From contig NZ_JBBWVE010000021.1 of the NCBI RefSeq assembly GCF_041903755.1, positions 6,167-70,166 on the forward strand: a DNA stretch of 64,000 bases, read 5' to 3'. The notes under the pieces were generated by a model that saw nothing but the letters and a program-made list of their open reading frames with translations, was not told the origin of the DNA and made no database searches. The translations under genes and the position numbers were made by a program. The DNA comes from Thiocapsa sp. C3-3m. GTDB lineage: Bacteria; Pseudomonadota; Gammaproteobacteria; Chromatiales; Chromatiaceae. Positions 47,884 through 57,776 of the stretch are shown in pieces. The first letter of the stretch is position 1, and each line of letters opens with the position of its first letter.

Positions 47884-48933
47884 ATGCCCCTGTCTCCCGT
47901 TCTGCGTGTCCTGACGTTTGCCCTCGCGGCGCTGGTCTCCGCATCCATGTGGCCCTCGGCGATGGCTTCCGACCTGATCAAGGTCCACGGCGCCGGGGCG
48001 AGTTTTCCGGCGCCGCTCTACCAGCGGTGGTTCCGCGACTACTTCCTGGCCCATCCGAACATCCAGGTCGATTATCAGCCGATCGGCTCCGGACCCGGCG
48101 TCAACAGCTTCATCGAAGGTCGGCTTGATTTCGCGGGGTCCGATCAGCCCTTGACCGGCGAGCTTGCCGAGAGGGTCGGCGCCGACCTCCTGCAGATCCC
48201 GCTGACGGCGGGCGCTGTGGTGTTGACCTACAACCTTCCGGGAATCGACGGGTTGAAGCTCTCGCGCGAGGCGCTCGCCGGCATCTTTCTCGGCGCGATC
48301 GCGCGTTGGAACGATCCGCTGATCCTTGCGGCCAACCCGGGTGTCGAGATACCGGATCTGCCGATCGTGGTGGTCACGCGAGTGGATGCGAGCGGGACCA
48401 CCTTGGTCATGACCCGGCACCTGAGTGCGATCAGCGCGGCGTTCGCGAAACAGGTGGGCGAGAGCCAGTCGCCGGCATGGCCCTCGTTGCTGCTCGAGCG
48501 AGGGGGTCTTATCCGCGGTCACGGCAACGGCGGTGTGGCGGCCTTTGTTCAGGCGACGGTCGGTGCCATCGGCTATGTTCAGTATGCCTACGCCCATCTG
48601 CCCGGCATGCAGATGGCGTCGGTCGAGAATCGCGAGGGCGTCTTTGTCGCGCCGGGAAGCGATTCCTTTCGCGCGGCGGTCGAGGTCTTCCGCGCGAAGC
48701 TTGACCCGTCCCAGCTCACCGATCCGGAAGGTGCCGGGGCCTATCCGATCTTGTCCCTGTCCTGGCTGGTGACGCGCCGCGGGGGCGACGGCGACGTCAA
48801 GTGGCAGGCGATGAAGGATGTGCTTGGGTACGCGCTGACCGACGGACAGGCCGATGCCGCGAAGCTGGGTTACATTCCGCTGAGTCAGCAGGCGGTCACG
48901 CTGATCCTGCAGCATCTGGGGCCTGCCGAGTAA
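47884..48933 (+). CDS. pstS: phosphate ABC transporter substrate-binding protein PstS family
   Basis: Signal peptide, then GAGASFPAPLYQRW...YQPIGSGPGVNSF...DFAGSD...VVTRVDASGTT, PstS hallmarks. No pstCAB follows. Confidence 0.85.
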   Translation: MPLSPVLRVLTFALAALVSASMWPSAMASDLIKVHGAGASFPAPLYQRWFRDYFLAHPNIQVDYQPIGSGPGVNSFIEGRLDFAGSDQPLTGELAERVGADLLQIPLTAGAVVLTYNLPGIDGLKLSREALAGIFLGAIARWNDPLILAANPGVEIPDLPIVVVTRVDASGTTLVMTRHLSAISAAFAKQVGESQSPAWPSLLLERGGLIRGHGNGGVAAFVQATVGAIGYVQYAYAHLPGMQMASVENREGVFVAPGSDSFRAAVEVFRAKLDPSQLTDPEGAGAYPILSLSWLVTRRGGDGDVKWQAMKDVLGYALTDGQADAAKLGYIPLSQQAVTLILQHLGPAE

Positions 48934-48957
48934 AGTGAATCGAGGAATCCAAGTGCC

Positions 48958-49338
48958 ATGAAGACCACGGCTTTCTACAGGACTGTACTGGGCGTGACGG
49001 CAACCCTTCTGGCCGTCGGTTGCACCCAAGAGACCCAGAACAAGTTCGGTCGAACGTTCCAGAACTGGACCGGGGCGAACGGCATCCTCGAGGTTTACGC
49101 CGGGGATAAGCTGGTGCGCCGATTCATCAAGATCGACAAGCTCACCACGGCCACCGCCACCGACGGTCGAGATTCACGACCCTATCGTTTCGGTTACGGC
49201 GTCCTCGATCTAAACCAGAACGGGATCCAGGACGGCGGCGAGAGGTCGGTCTATTTCGAGATCAGCGATTACTCGACGAACTATGTCTTCTACGGCGATC
49301 CGGGGGTTAGGACCACCGAGGATACGGCGAACCCCTAA
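48958..49338 (+). CDS. lipoprotein, hypothetical
   Basis: Lipobox LLAVGC at residues 17-22. No known domain. 24 nt downstream of pstS. Confidence 0.55.
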   Translation: MKTTAFYRTVLGVTATLLAVGCTQETQNKFGRTFQNWTGANGILEVYAGDKLVRRFIKIDKLTTATATDGRDSRPYRFGYGVLDLNQNGIQDGGERSVYFEISDYSTNYVFYGDPGVRTTEDTANP

Positions 49339-49475
49339 CCTCGCTTGCGCGCCGCTACGCATGCCTGCCCGCGGCCGCCGGCGAAGCGCCGGGGTCGCCG
49401 GTAGCTCTTCGCGGATGTCATGGCGGCGTGGCATCTGCCCCGTCGGCTTTGCTGCTCTGGGATGTCGCCGAAGCC

Positions 49476-50240
49476 TCAACGCTCCGGTCGCAGCACCTCG
49501 ACCACTTCTTCCATCAGCCGCTCGAACGATGGTGCCAAGTGGTCGATCACCCCTTTGTCCTTCCTCTTGAGACTGTTGCCGATGTAGACGGTCCCGCCGC
49601 AGCCGACCTCGCGTTTTGCCGCTCGGATGTTCTTACGGCTGTTGTCGACGACGATACAGGCGTGTGGCTCGACACCCAGCTCCTTGAGAACGAAACGATA
49701 GCCTTCCGGATCCGGCTTCGGATGCAGTTTGTCCTTCTTGTCGAGCGTCGAGATCGCATCGAAGATGTGCTCAAGCGGAAACATCTGGGTGAGTCCCTTG
49801 ACATCGAGAACCCGGAAGACGTTCTCCCGGACCCCGTTGGTCAAGATGGCGACCTGGATGTCGTGATCCCTCAGCAGATCCAGTCCCTCGTGGATTCGGT
49901 CTCCTGCTCGGCTGATCCCGCGATAGTCGAGGTTTCCGGTGCAGGCGTCGATAAGCCTCGCGAGCGTCGGCTCGATCGGGTCCTCGGCGGGCTTGAGCAG
50001 CTTCGCCGTATGGTACAAGAGCGGTCCGAGCTGCAGACTTCCGCCCGCATCGTAGATGGCTCGGCCCGCGAGTCGCATCATCTTGAGTGCACGTTCCCCG
50101 AAGTGCGTGCTGATCGCGGCAAAGACCGATAGGGTCTGCGCCTTGAGCGCCACGTCCTCCGCTTCGGTCGTAATCACACCGTCGAAATCCAACAACAAGA
50201 GCCGCGCATCGCGGATGAGTCGGGCAGGCACTCCCGTCAT
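49476..50240 (-). CDS. HAD-superfamily hydrolase
   Basis: LLLDFDGVI (motif I DxDG), AILTNG (motif II), KPDPEGY...VVDNS (motifs III/IV). Confidence 0.75.
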   Translation of the reverse strand: MTGVPARLIRDARLLLLDFDGVITTEAEDVALKAQTLSVFAAISTHFGERALKMMRLAGRAIYDAGGSLQLGPLLYHTAKLLKPAEDPIEPTLARLIDACTGNLDYRGISRAGDRIHEGLDLLRDHDIQVAILTNGVRENVFRVLDVKGLTQMFPLEHIFDAISTLDKKDKLHPKPDPEGYRFVLKELGVEPHACIVVDNSRKNIRAAKREVGCGGTVYIGNSLKRKDKGVIDHLAPSFERLMEEVVEVLRPER

Positions 50241-50282
50241 GGATAACCTCAGGATCCGAGAAGTTCATTGGCCGGCCCGGGC

Positions 50283-50510
50283 TTCTCATGACGCCAAACG
50301 AAAGGCCGACCGATGCCCCGCGATTCGATGGCCCCGGCGCGCGTCGGTTTTTCGGAGAGCTTAATCTGTTCCGCGAGCCATGCGACAACAGTTCATTTGC
50401 AGCTCCTATACTACTCCAAGATGTGGTTCCCGGGTGCTGCGCTAGGCACTGGATGATCGGCAGCTCCCGAGGTGGGAGAATGACGCGTCTGGACTGCAAC
50501 GGTCCGACTG
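50283..50510 (-). pseudogene. degenerate copy of the phaC 3' end plus its downstream flank
   Basis: 50407..50510 aligns (about 70-75% by eye, 1-nt indel) with 61091..61195, the last roughly 35 codons of phaC plus its stop. 50283..50322 aligns with 61048..61087 (shared CCAAACGAAAGGCCGA core). About 85 extra bp sit between the two blocks. Confidence 0.5.
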
Positions 50511-50662
50511 CTACGCCTTCCAAAGGGGTTGCTCAGCCCAAAGCTTGGTTTAATTCACACTCCGGCAACCGAACCGCCACTCCAGCTTCACGGCTGAGCC
50601 CTAGAGTTTCGCGCTGACGCCGAGGCGTCTCGTATCCAACCCAACTCGATAGGGCTCGATCC

Positions 50663-51940
50663 ATGACCAATACCAAGACGCTTGCCGTGACTTTTGCGGT
50701 GCTCGCGACGGCGGGAATCGCCGAGGCGCATGCCGAGATCGATGACTTCAACCTGAATCAGGCTACCCGCCCGGGCGTTAGCCATGACGCAATCCAGCTT
50801 GGTCCGCGTCCCTATTACCTCGTGCAGGGGATGGATGCCGGGCGGCTTAAGAATCGCCTCATGGCCTGTCAAGACGGTCCTTTCTACCGGACCGACTTCT
50901 CGATCGCACACCGGGGTGCGGCCCTGCAGATGCCCGAGCACACTGATCTAGGCTATACGGCGGGTGCTCGGATGGGCGCGGGAATCGTGGAGTGCGACGT
51001 GACCTTCACCAGCGACGGGGATCTGGTCTGCCGGCACAGCGAGTGCGACCTGGCGACCACGACCGACATCGTTGCCACCCCGCTCAACGCCAAGTGCAGC
51101 GTGCCTTGGACCGGCTCCGGCCAGAACCCGGCCGTGCAATGCTGCACCAGTGATCTGACCCTCGATGAGCTGAAGAGTCTGCAGCCGAAGATGGATGCGA
51201 GCAATCCTGCGGCCACCACGGCAGAGGACTTCCTCGGAGGCACTGCGAGCTGGCGCACCGACCTCTACACCGGACGCGCGAAGATCCTGACCTTCAAAGA
51301 GAGCGTCGCGCTCAACCGGGCGAACGGCGTCAAGCATACCCCCGAGCTCAAAGGCGCGACCTATCAGGATCGCATCGATTCAATCTTTGGAGGTCAGGAG
51401 CAGTACGCGCAGAAGCTCGTCGACGAGTTGATCGAGGCAGGGGTTGAACCAAAAGATGTCTGGCTCCAATCCTTCAACTTGGACGACGTGATCTACTGGA
51501 TCGACAACACGCCTGCCTTCGGCGAGCAGGCCGTCTACCTGGACAGCATCGATCCGACCGCCAATCCGCCTATCTCGCGTCTGACGCCGGACCAGCTCAA
51601 TGCGCTCACGGCGGCGGGTGTGCGTATCTTCGCTCCGCCGATGTGGGCTTTGCTCGACGTCGACATCGTCGGCCGCGTGGTGCCCTCGCAGTATGCCAAA
51701 GACATCAAGTCGGCCGGGCTCGACATCATCACCTGGACCTTCGAGCGCTCCGATCTTCGCGAGGGCGCCTCTAAGGCTGGTTGGTACTACCAGTTCGACC
51801 CTAAGGGCAAAGCCATCCGGAAGGATAGCGACATGTATAAGGCGCTTGATGTTCTAGCCCGGCAGGTGAATATCCTCGGAATCTTCTCCGACTGGCCGGC
51901 GACTGTAACCTACTATGCGAACTGTATGGGTCTGAAGTAG
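50663..51940 (+). CDS. secreted glycerophosphodiester phosphodiesterase family protein
   Basis: Signal peptide; SIAHRGAALQMPEHT and ECDVTFTSDGDLVCRH are GDPD catalytic motifs. Confidence 0.8.
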   Translation: MTNTKTLAVTFAVLATAGIAEAHAEIDDFNLNQATRPGVSHDAIQLGPRPYYLVQGMDAGRLKNRLMACQDGPFYRTDFSIAHRGAALQMPEHTDLGYTAGARMGAGIVECDVTFTSDGDLVCRHSECDLATTTDIVATPLNAKCSVPWTGSGQNPAVQCCTSDLTLDELKSLQPKMDASNPAATTAEDFLGGTASWRTDLYTGRAKILTFKESVALNRANGVKHTPELKGATYQDRIDSIFGGQEQYAQKLVDELIEAGVEPKDVWLQSFNLDDVIYWIDNTPAFGEQAVYLDSIDPTANPPISRLTPDQLNALTAAGVRIFAPPMWALLDVDIVGRVVPSQYAKDIKSAGLDIITWTFERSDLREGASKAGWYYQFDPKGKAIRKDSDMYKALDVLARQVNILGIFSDWPATVTYYANCMGLK

Positions 51941-52337
51941 GGCCGCTATCGAGACTGGCGACGCGACACGACGTAGGTGCCGCGTCGCTTGAGCATCGAT
52001 GATCCCCTGCCGGGAGCCGTCACTCCGCAGCGCTTCGGCCGGGATCCGGCTGATCGACGCCCTCTTTGCGCAGGAGCACCGGCGTTCATGTCAGAACTGT
52101 CCAGGCGCCGACGGACGATCCGATTGAAGGGCCGTGTCGTGCGGGCTCAGACACCGTGATTGCTCGGCAGCGCAGCGATCTCCAGATCGATCGCTTGCGT
52201 GAGTCTCGCGATCGCCGTCGCCGGTGCTTCCACATCGAGGTCACCGATCTCGAAATAGCGGATGCGCTCAGACACCTCCGCGAAGTGCTCGCGCATCATC
52301 GGCAGGTGTAGAGATGCGTGACCGGCATCAGACGTAG

Positions 52338-52412
52338 GTTGGGCAAAGCGCAGCGTGCCCAACTGCTTCCAGTGATGCCGGCGCGGGTTGGGCACGCTGC
52401 GCTTTGCCCAAC
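52338..52412. repeat. REPIN: two inverted copies of the hairpin GTTGGGCAAAGCGCAGCGTGCCCAAC
   Basis: 26-mer at 52338..52363 and its exact reverse complement at 52387..52412. Each 26-mer is itself an 8-bp stem with a 10-nt loop. Confidence 0.85.
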
Positions 52413-52805
52413 CGACATGTTCATGTTGTTCTTGAATCGTTCCCTAGGGCTGGAATGGAGCGTCGAGTGCATCTGATAGGCGTATTCGAGCATAAGGACG
52501 AGGCCCTAGGTGACGCCCGTGTGACCTCCGGCATGAGGTCGATCGGCGCCGCGGGGCGCAGTCGGTGGCGTCATCGATTGTCCGTTGCTTCGCCGAGTCT
52601 CGCGCTTGCAGCCCGAGAAGTCCGGAAACCCCTCGCGTTGGGCTTGGCCGACCCGCAGGCGCTCGCTAGCCTCACATCTGCGGTCACCCTGTCATCGCAG
52701 GGTTGCTCGGATCTCGAATCCGTGAAGAATGATGGCAGGGCGAAACGCATCGTTCCGGCTTGATGACCTGCCCGCCCGGGCCAGGACCGACAGGAGGGGT
52801 AAGCC

Positions 52806-53501
52806 GTGTCTGCGACAGGATCGCCTCCATCCTGGGGCTTTGATCCCACCTGGTTCGCCGCTCAAGGTGCAACCCGCCGCGCTCTGTGCCGGATGCTGGG
52901 GGCTGCCGAGCAGGTGCAGGGCCCGGAGCCGCCCGGTAAAGATCAGGCATTGGCGGGGTGTTTCCGCGAGCTGCTTTGCGAGCCGGACCTTCGGCCGGCC
53001 GAGGTGCCCTGCTTCCGTCAACTGGGTGATCTCATCCGGGAGCTCCCGGAGGACAACCAAAGCACCGTCGGTGCCCTGGATCCCTGTCTTGCCCTTGCCT
53101 GCCAGGCGGAAATCGGGGCTGAGCTGGCCCTGGATCTGGTCTACGACCGGCGGCGGGTCCGTTGCTTTCCCCTGGTGACGCGCGGGACCAGCTGGGGGGT
53201 CTGCTCCGACCTCGGATTCTATCTTGGGACCTCACCGGACTATCTGGTCCTCCCCTGTTTCCACACCCACCCTGAATTCAGCAACGAGTTGGGGGATGAA
53301 ATGCCATCGCTGGCCGATTACCTGAACCTGGCACGGTTGCACGCCCAACTCGGCGGCGCACCGGTCTGCGACCTGGTTTACTTTCCCAACGGACACTGCA
53401 CCCTCTACGGCGTGGACGCCCGGGGGCGCTGGTTCCATCGCCGCCAAGGGCAACCACCCGGCGACATTCCCCGCCGCGACTGGACCAGCTGCCACCCATG
53501 A
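52806..53501 (+). CDS. hypothetical protein with JAB/MPN-like H-x-H...S-x-x-D motif
   Basis: GTG start 7 nt after AGGAGGGG. CFHTHPEFSNELGDEMPSLADY resembles the JAMM metalloprotease motif, but with a longer spacer and no obvious upstream Glu. Confidence 0.4.
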   Translation: MSATGSPPSWGFDPTWFAAQGATRRALCRMLGAAEQVQGPEPPGKDQALAGCFRELLCEPDLRPAEVPCFRQLGDLIRELPEDNQSTVGALDPCLALACQAEIGAELALDLVYDRRRVRCFPLVTRGTSWGVCSDLGFYLGTSPDYLVLPCFHTHPEFSNELGDEMPSLADYLNLARLHAQLGGAPVCDLVYFPNGHCTLYGVDARGRWFHRRQGQPPGDIPRRDWTSCHP

Positions 53502-53608
53502 TGAGCGGCGAGCACGGTTTGGGTCAGGCAGCAGTGTCTTGGAGACCTTCGAAGTTTGTGCCCGGGTCCGACAAGGCGTCGTCGACCACTTCGCCTCGCA
53601 TGGAGATT

Positions 53609-55944
53609 TCACACGTCAAGACCCGCCCCGTTCTTTCGCAGCCATTCCTTCCGCTCGTCGAAGTGAACGGTGCAGTGCTTGCGGATGGCATGCTCCATCT
53701 CGCTGGCCTTCGCCTCGTCGTTGCCCCGCGCGTGGTTGTCCACATGCGCCAGGAAGTCATCGGACAGCAGCTCGACCGGCGGGATCTTGGGGTCGATCCC
53801 CAAGTCGATCAGGTGCGCGTTGATGAGCGCCTTGACCTTCTCGCCGGCGTCGGCGATGTCCAGAGAGTCATCCTTGTAACGCTCCTTGACCATCCTCAGC
53901 AGGTAGCCGAAGCGGCGAGCCGCCCCGCGGTAGGGATGGCCCGCCGGGCTCGGCAGGATGAAGTTGAGGCTCTGGAGAAACTTCTTGAGATAGACCTCGA
54001 AGTCGGCGCGCCGCTTGATGTCCTCCATCGCACAAACGGCCGCATGGATGACTGCGACGTCGGCGTCGGGCGACCCGAGCTGTCCTTGGACGAACGTCTC
54101 GATCTCGGCCACGCCGGCAGCCATGAAATGCTGTAGCAGACGCCGGTAGCGCTCCTCCAGGATGGGCATCTCGCTCAGGATGCTCTTCAGCCCGTCGCGA
54201 ATGTCCTGCGCGTCCTCCTCGGAGTAGATAGACAGTGCGTGGGTCAGATGATTGGCCAGGCCGATGTAATCGACGATGAATCCGCGATGCTTGTTCGCCA
54301 CGACCCGATTCACACGGGCGATGGCCTGCAGCAGGGTGTGCTCGCGCAGCCGCTTGTCGATATACATCACCTGCTCGATGGGTGCATCGAAACCCGTCAG
54401 CAACATGTCGCAGACGATCAGGAAGGCGATGCCCGTCAGCTCTTTGTCATGGTCGTCGAAGTCGAAAGGCCGGCAGAAATTCTCCACCGCGTTCCAGCGC
54501 TTGGCCTCCTTGCGCGCGTCGGTGATGGCCGCCGGCTCATTGGTCGGGTCCGACGACAGGACCGCCACCGCCTTGAAAAACGCGATGCGCCGAATCAGTT
54601 CCGCCTCCGGCCGGGCCTGCCGCATCTCGCGCTCGACCCGCTCCCGAAGCGCCTCGCGGATCGCCTTGCGATAGCGGATCGCCGCCAGCTTCGAGTGACA
54701 CACGACCTGCGCCTTGAAGCCGTCGGGCAGGATGTTGTCGATGTAATGGTCGACCAGATCCTTGGCGATGGCCTCGATGCGTTTCTCGGCCTCGAGGATG
54801 TCCCCGCTGGCGCCGTACTTCTTCTTGATCGCGAGGATCTCTTCCTGGCTGCGGTCCTTGAAGAGGTCTTCGAACTTAATGTCGAAGCCGTGCTTGTCCT
54901 TGATGGCCGTGTCTGCCGTGCGGCCCTCGTAAAGGATCTGCAGGGTGGCGCCGTCATGGACGGCGTCCATGAGCTTGTAGGTATCGATGTACTCGCCGAA
55001 GCGCTTCACCGTGCCCGAGCGCAGGCGCTCGACGATCTTGCGGGCCGCCCGATACTGCTGATAGCGGCAGACCACCTTGATGCGCTGGCCCGAATCGGTA
55101 TCCATGAAGACGGTGCAAGTGCGCAGCACATCGAGCAGCGTCGCCGGGGCGAGCAACCCCTGGATGAGCCGTTCCTGCTCGCGCTCGATGCCGAGCGGCG
55201 GCTATAGGCCCGATTGCTCTCGGGCCAGATGTCCTTCCAGGCGTAGAAGTGCTCGTGTCCCGAGGTGAGGGTGCCGAATTCGGCCTTCTCGCCGCAGGTC
55301 CGCACCACCAGCAGGTTGGTGTAGAAGAGCCGCGGCTCGCCCTCGCGCAGTCCCGCCTCGATCGTCTCGGGACGGCCGTTGCGGTAGCGCAAGAGCTGCT
55401 CGAAGGCCGCGTGCAGCGGGTTCGCCGTGTTCGGGTCGCCGATCTTCGCCTCGACGATCACCAGAGGGATACCGTTCACGAAGAGGACGATGTCCGGGAT
55501 GATGAAGCCCTTCACGCAGCCCGGGGTGTCGACGCGAAACTGGTTGATGACGTGGAACCGGTTACGCTCGGGATGGGCGAAATCGATCATCATCACGACC
55601 GGGTCGGACTCGCCCGTGACCTTGTTCCGGTCGACCTGCGCCTTGAGAAAGAGACCCTGGGTCGTCTCGTTGGCTTCGAGCAGGGTGCGGTTGGGCTGGC
55701 GCAGGATCTGATCGCGCAGGTCGTCGAGCTGGCGGTCGGTGAGCCAAGGCCGACCGTCCGGGGTCAGGTTGATGGCGCGAACCGACTCGCGGAAGACCTC
55801 GGGGAGGAACCACTCGCGGAAGCTCGTACGCAGGCTCTTGGCCGGGTCCGAGGGGATGATGCCCTGGCCCTGGTCGATGGCCTTCCAGCCCAGCGCGGCG
55901 AGCTGGTCGAGGAAGGGTTTTTCGACGTGGAGGTACTCAGACAT
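53609..55944 (-). pseudogene. hsdR: Type I restriction enzyme R subunit, frameshifted and lacking the ATPase N-lobe
   Basis: The N-terminal nuclease region is intact (MSEYLHVEKPFLDQL...IPDIVLFVNGIPLVIVEAK). The frame breaks near 55200 (..YAWKDIWPES, then PPLGIEREQERLIQGLL in another frame). After RYQQYRAARKIVERLRSG the sequence jumps to FGEYIDTYKLMDAVHDGATLQILYEGR, so the Walker A/DEAH lobe is missing. Total 2.3 kb versus roughly 3.1 kb expected. Confidence 0.8.
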
Positions 55945-56872
55945 CCCGAGCGCCAGCCTCTTGATTCGTGTCGCATCGATAGCCCATCAGCGTGTACCGT
56001 GGCCGCCCTGCGCCAACGTACCGGGAACGGACCTGTATGCTCACGGGCCGTTGAATCACCTGGTTCAGTTGGGCCGCATCCTCAAGTTCCTCACCGACCC
56101 TGCCCGCAATGACCGTCTGCGCATCCGCAACTTCGAATTCGAAGGTTCTGCGCTTAGGCAACACGCCGAGAAAATGACCGAATAGTGTCTCGTCTGACTC
56201 ATGGATATTGTCTTGCCGCAAACGCTCAGAGCTGCGGCGAAGTTGTTCGACATCTGCAAAACGAAACACTTCTTCCTTGAGCTCCAAGGCGCATACAGCC
56301 TCGTGCTTGCTCAGTTCCTCCAAAAACTTGCGCAATGCGTCGAGCGCCCGCGGATCGACCTCGGCCAAAGCTTCGGACAGCTCATCATCCGTCCCGGTCG
56401 ACGCCACCATGATCGCCTGGGTCTGTTCGACAGCCGCATCGAGCGCCGATGGAAGCATGCTCGCCTGATCCTCCGCCGCCGGCTCCTCGAGCACAAAGCC
56501 GAACGATCCCGTCGTGGTCCCGGTAATCAAGAGTCGAAACTCTTCTCGCTGTGGTAGGGAACCTCGTTTTCCGAGCGAGCGGCTCATGCTCGCCCCGATC
56601 GCCGCGACAGCATCAGTAAAGGTGCCTACAGCTGTCGCTCCGAACTCGGCGAACATGCCGTAACTGCCCACGATCGGCTTGCCCCGGAACGTCAGACGAA
56701 GGCGGAGCGGGTCGCGAATCAAGTCCGGATGGGCCGCGAGAAGATGTTCGATGTCCGCTTTTCGACTTTCGAGCCCCAACCGTTCGATGACGAAGTCATC
56801 AGGTGTGGACGCGATCATCTGCTCAAGGCTACCGAGCTCGGCCTGAAGCTGGCGATACTCTCCAAGGTTCAT
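55937..56872 (-). CDS. hypothetical 311-aa protein (cargo gene B), no recognisable domain
   Basis: Intact ORF. Its ATG overlaps the stop of gene A (ATGA) and its stop overlaps the hsdR ATG (ATGTCTGA). The N-terminal 49 aa are about 60% identical to fragment 58966..59148. Confidence 0.6.
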   Translation of the reverse strand: MNLGEYRQLQAELGSLEQMIASTPDDFVIERLGLESRKADIEHLLAAHPDLIRDPLRLRLTFRGKPIVGSYGMFAEFGATAVGTFTDAVAAIGASMSRSLGKRGSLPQREEFRLLITGTTTGSFGFVLEEPAAEDQASMLPSALDAAVEQTQAIMVASTGTDDELSEALAEVDPRALDALRKFLEELSKHEAVCALELKEEVFRFADVEQLRRSSERLRQDNIHESDETLFGHFLGVLPKRRTFEFEVADAQTVIAGRVGEELEDAAQLNQVIQRPVSIQVRSRYVGAGRPRYTLMGYRCDTNQEAGARDV

Positions 56873-57453
56873 AGGTCTGCATCCTCTTCGAGGGTGTCAG
56901 GCTGCACATTCTGTCGAGCCGCGCGATCGTCGTCCGCGTCGAGGCTCAGCTCAATATAGCCTTTCCAGACGCCCGAGCGGCGGTGCGACCAAAGGCTGTA
57001 CCAGTAACGCGACCGCTCCACCAGGTACTCGGGAGGCGCGCCGTTCAGTTGGACGAGAAACCCGTCGACGCGATAGTCCTGCTTACAACGGTTCCGGTCG
57101 AAAAGATTGGGGCGTCGGGCGATCAAATCCCGTTGTGTGATGCCGCTGGGCAAATGGGCGAAGGTGACCACATCGAGATCATTAGGGGCGCGACCTTCCA
57201 GACGCTCCACGTCTTCCAAGAAGCTGCCGTCGACCCACTGAAATCCCCGGGCGATACCCAGCTCGCGCAGGACCTGACGATATTCCAGGAGCCCAAGCAG
57301 GATTCGGTTTCGGTCGGAGGAGGTGCCGAACCGAAGCGCGAAGTCGAAGATGCCGACCTGATACGGTGAACGATCCATGGACGTTGGCGACGCAGGATTG
57401 ATCGAGGGTAGGACGCCCGAGGACGTCCAGCCAGGGATAGTCTTTGCGCGCAT
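56869..57453 (-). CDS. small nucleotidyltransferase-fold protein (cargo gene A; DUF6932-like from memory)
   Basis: ATG at 57453 after AAGGAA. MRAKTIPGWTSSGVLP...SPYQVGIFDFALRFGTSSDRNRILLGLLEYRQVLRELGIARGFQWVDGSFLEDVERLEGRAPNDLDVVTF contains a G-S...D-x-D pol-beta-type signature. Confidence 0.6.
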   Translation of the reverse strand: MRAKTIPGWTSSGVLPSINPASPTSMDRSPYQVGIFDFALRFGTSSDRNRILLGLLEYRQVLRELGIARGFQWVDGSFLEDVERLEGRAPNDLDVVTFAHLPSGITQRDLIARRPNLFDRNRCKQDYRVDGFLVQLNGAPPEYLVERSRYWYSLWSHRRSGVWKGYIELSLDADDDRAARQNVQPDTLEEDADL

Positions 57454-57577
57454 GGATTCCGTTTTCCTTTCGCGATTCTGGTGGTTCCTGGTATGCCGAT
57501 TCCAGCGCGGCGAGTTGGGCGAGCAAGTGGTTTGGGTTAGCGAAGCGTAACCCGACGCGGGCGGGGCTGAACGTCCC

Positions 57578-57761
57578 GGGTCGGGTTGATGGCGCGAACC
57601 GACTCGCGGAAGACCTCGGAGAGGAACCACTCGCGGAAGCTCGTGCGCAGGCTCTTGGCCGGGTCCGAGGGGATGATGCCCTGGCCCTGGTCGATGGCCT
57701 TCCAGCCCAGCGCGGCGAGCTGGTCGAGGAAGGGTTTTTCGACGTGGAGGTATTCGCTCAC
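57578..57761 (-). pseudogene. second copy of the hsdR 5' end (first 61 codons, GTG start)
   Basis: 184 bp about 96% identical to 55761..55944. Encodes MSEYLHVEKPFLDQLAALGWKAIDQGQGIIPSDPAKSLRTSFREWFLSEVFRESVRAIN, then diverges. Confidence 0.85.
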
Positions 57762-57776
57762 GTCGCGAACCCGTGC

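Noticed and set aside
52147-52395. 82-aa ORF (..GTLRFAQPTSDAG..MMREHFAEVSERIRYFEIGDLDVE..)
   Set aside because: The N-terminal third is encoded by the REPIN hairpins. The remaining roughly 50 codons have no RBS or family signature that I can support. It could be a remnant of something, but I cannot call it.
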